Assembly (NCBI GenBank): GCA_012295275.1
Contig: CM022674.1
Coordinates: 2,418,001-2,482,000 of the forward strand
Reading direction: 5' to 3'
Length of the DNA: 64,000 nucleotides
Source: Chrysomallon squamiferum
Taxonomy: Eukaryota > Animalia > Mollusca
Each line of letters opens with the position of its first letter. The stretch's first letter is position 1. Shown here piece by piece: positions 61,021 to 64,000 of this stretch. The notes beneath the pieces are model-generated. The model did no database searches. It was not told the origin of the DNA and saw only the letters and a program-made list of their open reading frames with translations. Made by a program: the position numbers and the translations under genes.

Positions 61021-61829
61021 ATTAGAGATTACTGATTTTTTCGGTAGATAGTAAAATACCACGCTGCAAGTGATATATCGAATTTATACAGCAAAAAAAA
61101 AAAAAAAAAAAAACAAACACACTAAAAAACTCCAGATAATTATACAAATTAAAAACATTCACTGGTAAGATACAAGGATACAGGTCCTGGGTACTACAAT
61201 ATCACCCATCTGGATCTGCTCCAGAATATGTCATACCCTTTTCTTTTTCAATTAATTTCTGCTAAACCCGGACACGTAAATAGCTTACAAAACGGAAGCA
61301 TTTTTCTCTCCCTTTTGTTCTTGGTAAATTCTATCATCTATTCATGGAGCATCTTGATATCATTGTATCAGCTTCAACCTTATTACCTGTTAATTAATTA
61401 GCTTTGTATATGTACACACATAGTCTCTACGTCTTTTATTTTTATTATTATGTTTGTTTTTTGTTTTTTTTTACACGAATAGAACATAGATCTTCTGACG
61501 GCATACATTTTAGTTAATACAATTTAATTATTTCGCCATGCCATTTTATGTTTTTCCAAGTCTGGCAGTGAAATGAAATTAAGTTGTTTCTATGTCTGGT
61601 GCGAAAATCCAAAGCGACCTAAAAACATTTGCAGCTGCCCATGTATGGTGCTAAAAATATGTTATGAGGTGCTAAAATGAGTGTTCGTTCGTTCGTTCGT
61701 TTGTTTGTTTGCTTGTTGTTTGCTTATTTATTTATTTTTATTTACTGGGTAATCTTTCTGATGTTATTAATGTATAGTTATTTATTTATTTATTCTGATT
61801 TATACTTTTCTTTATTATTATTGTTGCTC

Positions 61830-61879
<50 letters not shown>

Positions 61880-62015
61880 TTTAAAGTAGTAGTAGTAGTA
61901 GTGGTAGTAGTAGTTGTAGTAATAGTGGTAATAGTAGTAGTAGTAGTAGTAGTAGCAATAGCAACAGTAGTACTACTAGTAGTAGTAGTAGTAGTAGTAG
62001 CAGCAGTAGTACTAC

Positions 62016-62067
<52 letters not shown>

Positions 62068-62838
62068 TGTAGTAGTAATAGTAGTAGCAACAACATTGTC
62101 ATCCGTAATTGCTAATACAGCTTAATTGATTCTGTTGACCGTTTTTTTTTCTTTGTTTTTTTCTTTCTTTTTATTCAGGCTTTTTCCGTTTCATATTATC
62201 TTGTTTTTCTTAAACTCTTGCTCTCCACATTATACTTTCTGAATTACTATTCATGTTTCTCTTTTTCCTATCTCACCTTCGTCCCTTCATAATCTCATAT
62301 TACTGGTATTAAATTACACACAGGCGCCAGATTTAGAAAAAACACACACATCTAGAACAATAATAACACGCTGTAAAAACTAATAAACAAGAGTGATATA
62401 AAATAAATAAAAATATAGATACAAGCATAATCAAACGCGTTCTTTCAGTCCTCAGTGTTTGCAGTATCTGAAGTAAAATTCGTTTCAAACAAAGATCCAC
62501 ACATCTAAACCGACAGTGAAAAATATGATCTTAAAGTTCAGGCTATGATCTATGAGATTACGGATACGGTCACTGTAAAATCAATGACGGTAAAGACAGT
62601 TATTTAACTAATTGGAAGAGTTATGTAACAGAATGTGTATAATTCGATTCTACGAGCATCTGATATCAGTGTTTATATTTCAGTGTCTCTGTACTGCGAT
62701 GCAAAAAGGATTTAGTGTTTGAAATCGCTGCAAATTAGCAAATAAAAAATAAAAGGAAAGAAAATATCAACGTAGTGATAATAAGAATAACAGAAAGAAA
62801 ACAGCAACTACCATGATATTAGTATTAATGTTAATAAT

Positions 62839-62904
<66 letters not shown>

Positions 62905-64000
62905 TAATAACTTATAAATATAATATTATCAACAATAGCAGCACAACAACAACAACAACAGCAACAATAATAATAAGTAATAGTATGTGGAAGAAGAAGA
63001 AGAAGAAGAAGAAAAAGAAGAAGAAAAACAACGACAATAACGATGTCAATGAAAACAGCAAAACAAAGATATTACTCGAGCCTGGAGGGAAAGTGTGAAA
63101 AAGAAACGGAGCCAAGAATAGCGAGTACGTGGATAATTGTTAACATTTTACCTTGCAGACCACTACACACACACACACACACACACATACACACAACACA
63201 CACACATACACATATATACACATATACATTCATATACATACACAACACACCCATATACATTCACACATATACATTCACACAAGCTCACTCAAACAAACAC
63301 AACACTCATTTACACACATACATACACATGCATACATGTACACACATATTAACACATATGCACACATAAATTATATAGTATGTTCACACTCTGTCACACA
63401 CACACACACACATAAACACACATATTTACATACATACAGTTACGCTTATAGTTACACATACATGCGCATGCACGATAAAATATAAACATACACACACACA
63501 TGCATACATACATACATACATACATACATACATACATACATACATACATACATACATACATCCATACATTAACATACATACATAAATCTGGCACGCGAGT
63601 GCTAATATAATTACAGAGAGAGACACAAGATACGTGCACACTCGTGAAACCCGAATGAAACGAGTTCACAAAATCAATTCACTTTTCACTGTCAGATTCA
63701 TCAAGTTATTCGCACTAAACGAGCAAACAGCCGCCGTAGAATCATAAAAATAATAATAATAATAATCTACTCCTCTTTCCCCCGCCCCCATCCCCACCCC
63801 AGGGACACGTTCCTGCAGACTCCAGGGCCGTAACAAAGACCGGAATGGCATCGCTTGTCCGAAAGTGAACACTGATTTCATTTTCTTTTTCTCTGGATCG
63901 TTCTTTCTACGTCTGCTCTTTCTTCTTCGCCAGCAGACAGCATCCACAGACAAACGATTTCTTCAGAGTCTGTTTCCTCACACACACACACACACACAGA

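Noticed and set aside
63666-63953. 95-aa minus-strand ORF at the window end
   Set aside because: Low-complexity basic stretch, non-ATG start and no recognisable domain.

Overview
This is a eukaryotic, very AT-rich, microsatellite-saturated window, not prokaryotic DNA; the FoxL2 sequence looks lophotrochozoan/molluscan, though that is inference. Almost all ORFs in the supplied track are translations of simple repeats. Two protein-coding genes are supported. (1) FoxL2, a single coding exon at 9439-10329 (+), with a plausible promoter and a 5'-UTR intron acceptor. (2) A spliced minus-strand gene, assembled here from phase-consistent exons (50578-50524, 49685-49496, 48763-48621, probably 48555-48515). 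It encodes a signal peptide plus one strongly cationic Ig-like domain, and intron 2 holds a frameshifted duplicate of its exon-3 acceptor. There is also an internally deleted mariner-family transposon relic (about 60446-61020). The rest is a gene-poor landscape of short CpG-rich islands carrying recurrent motifs (TGATTGACAG, paired TGACGTCA, AGGTCA direct repeats, RCGTG clusters) that may be cis-regulatory, plus a 92-bp AT-rich palindrome and short phased motif arrays. No rRNA, tRNA or CRISPR array was recognised. All motif functions are unverified predictions.
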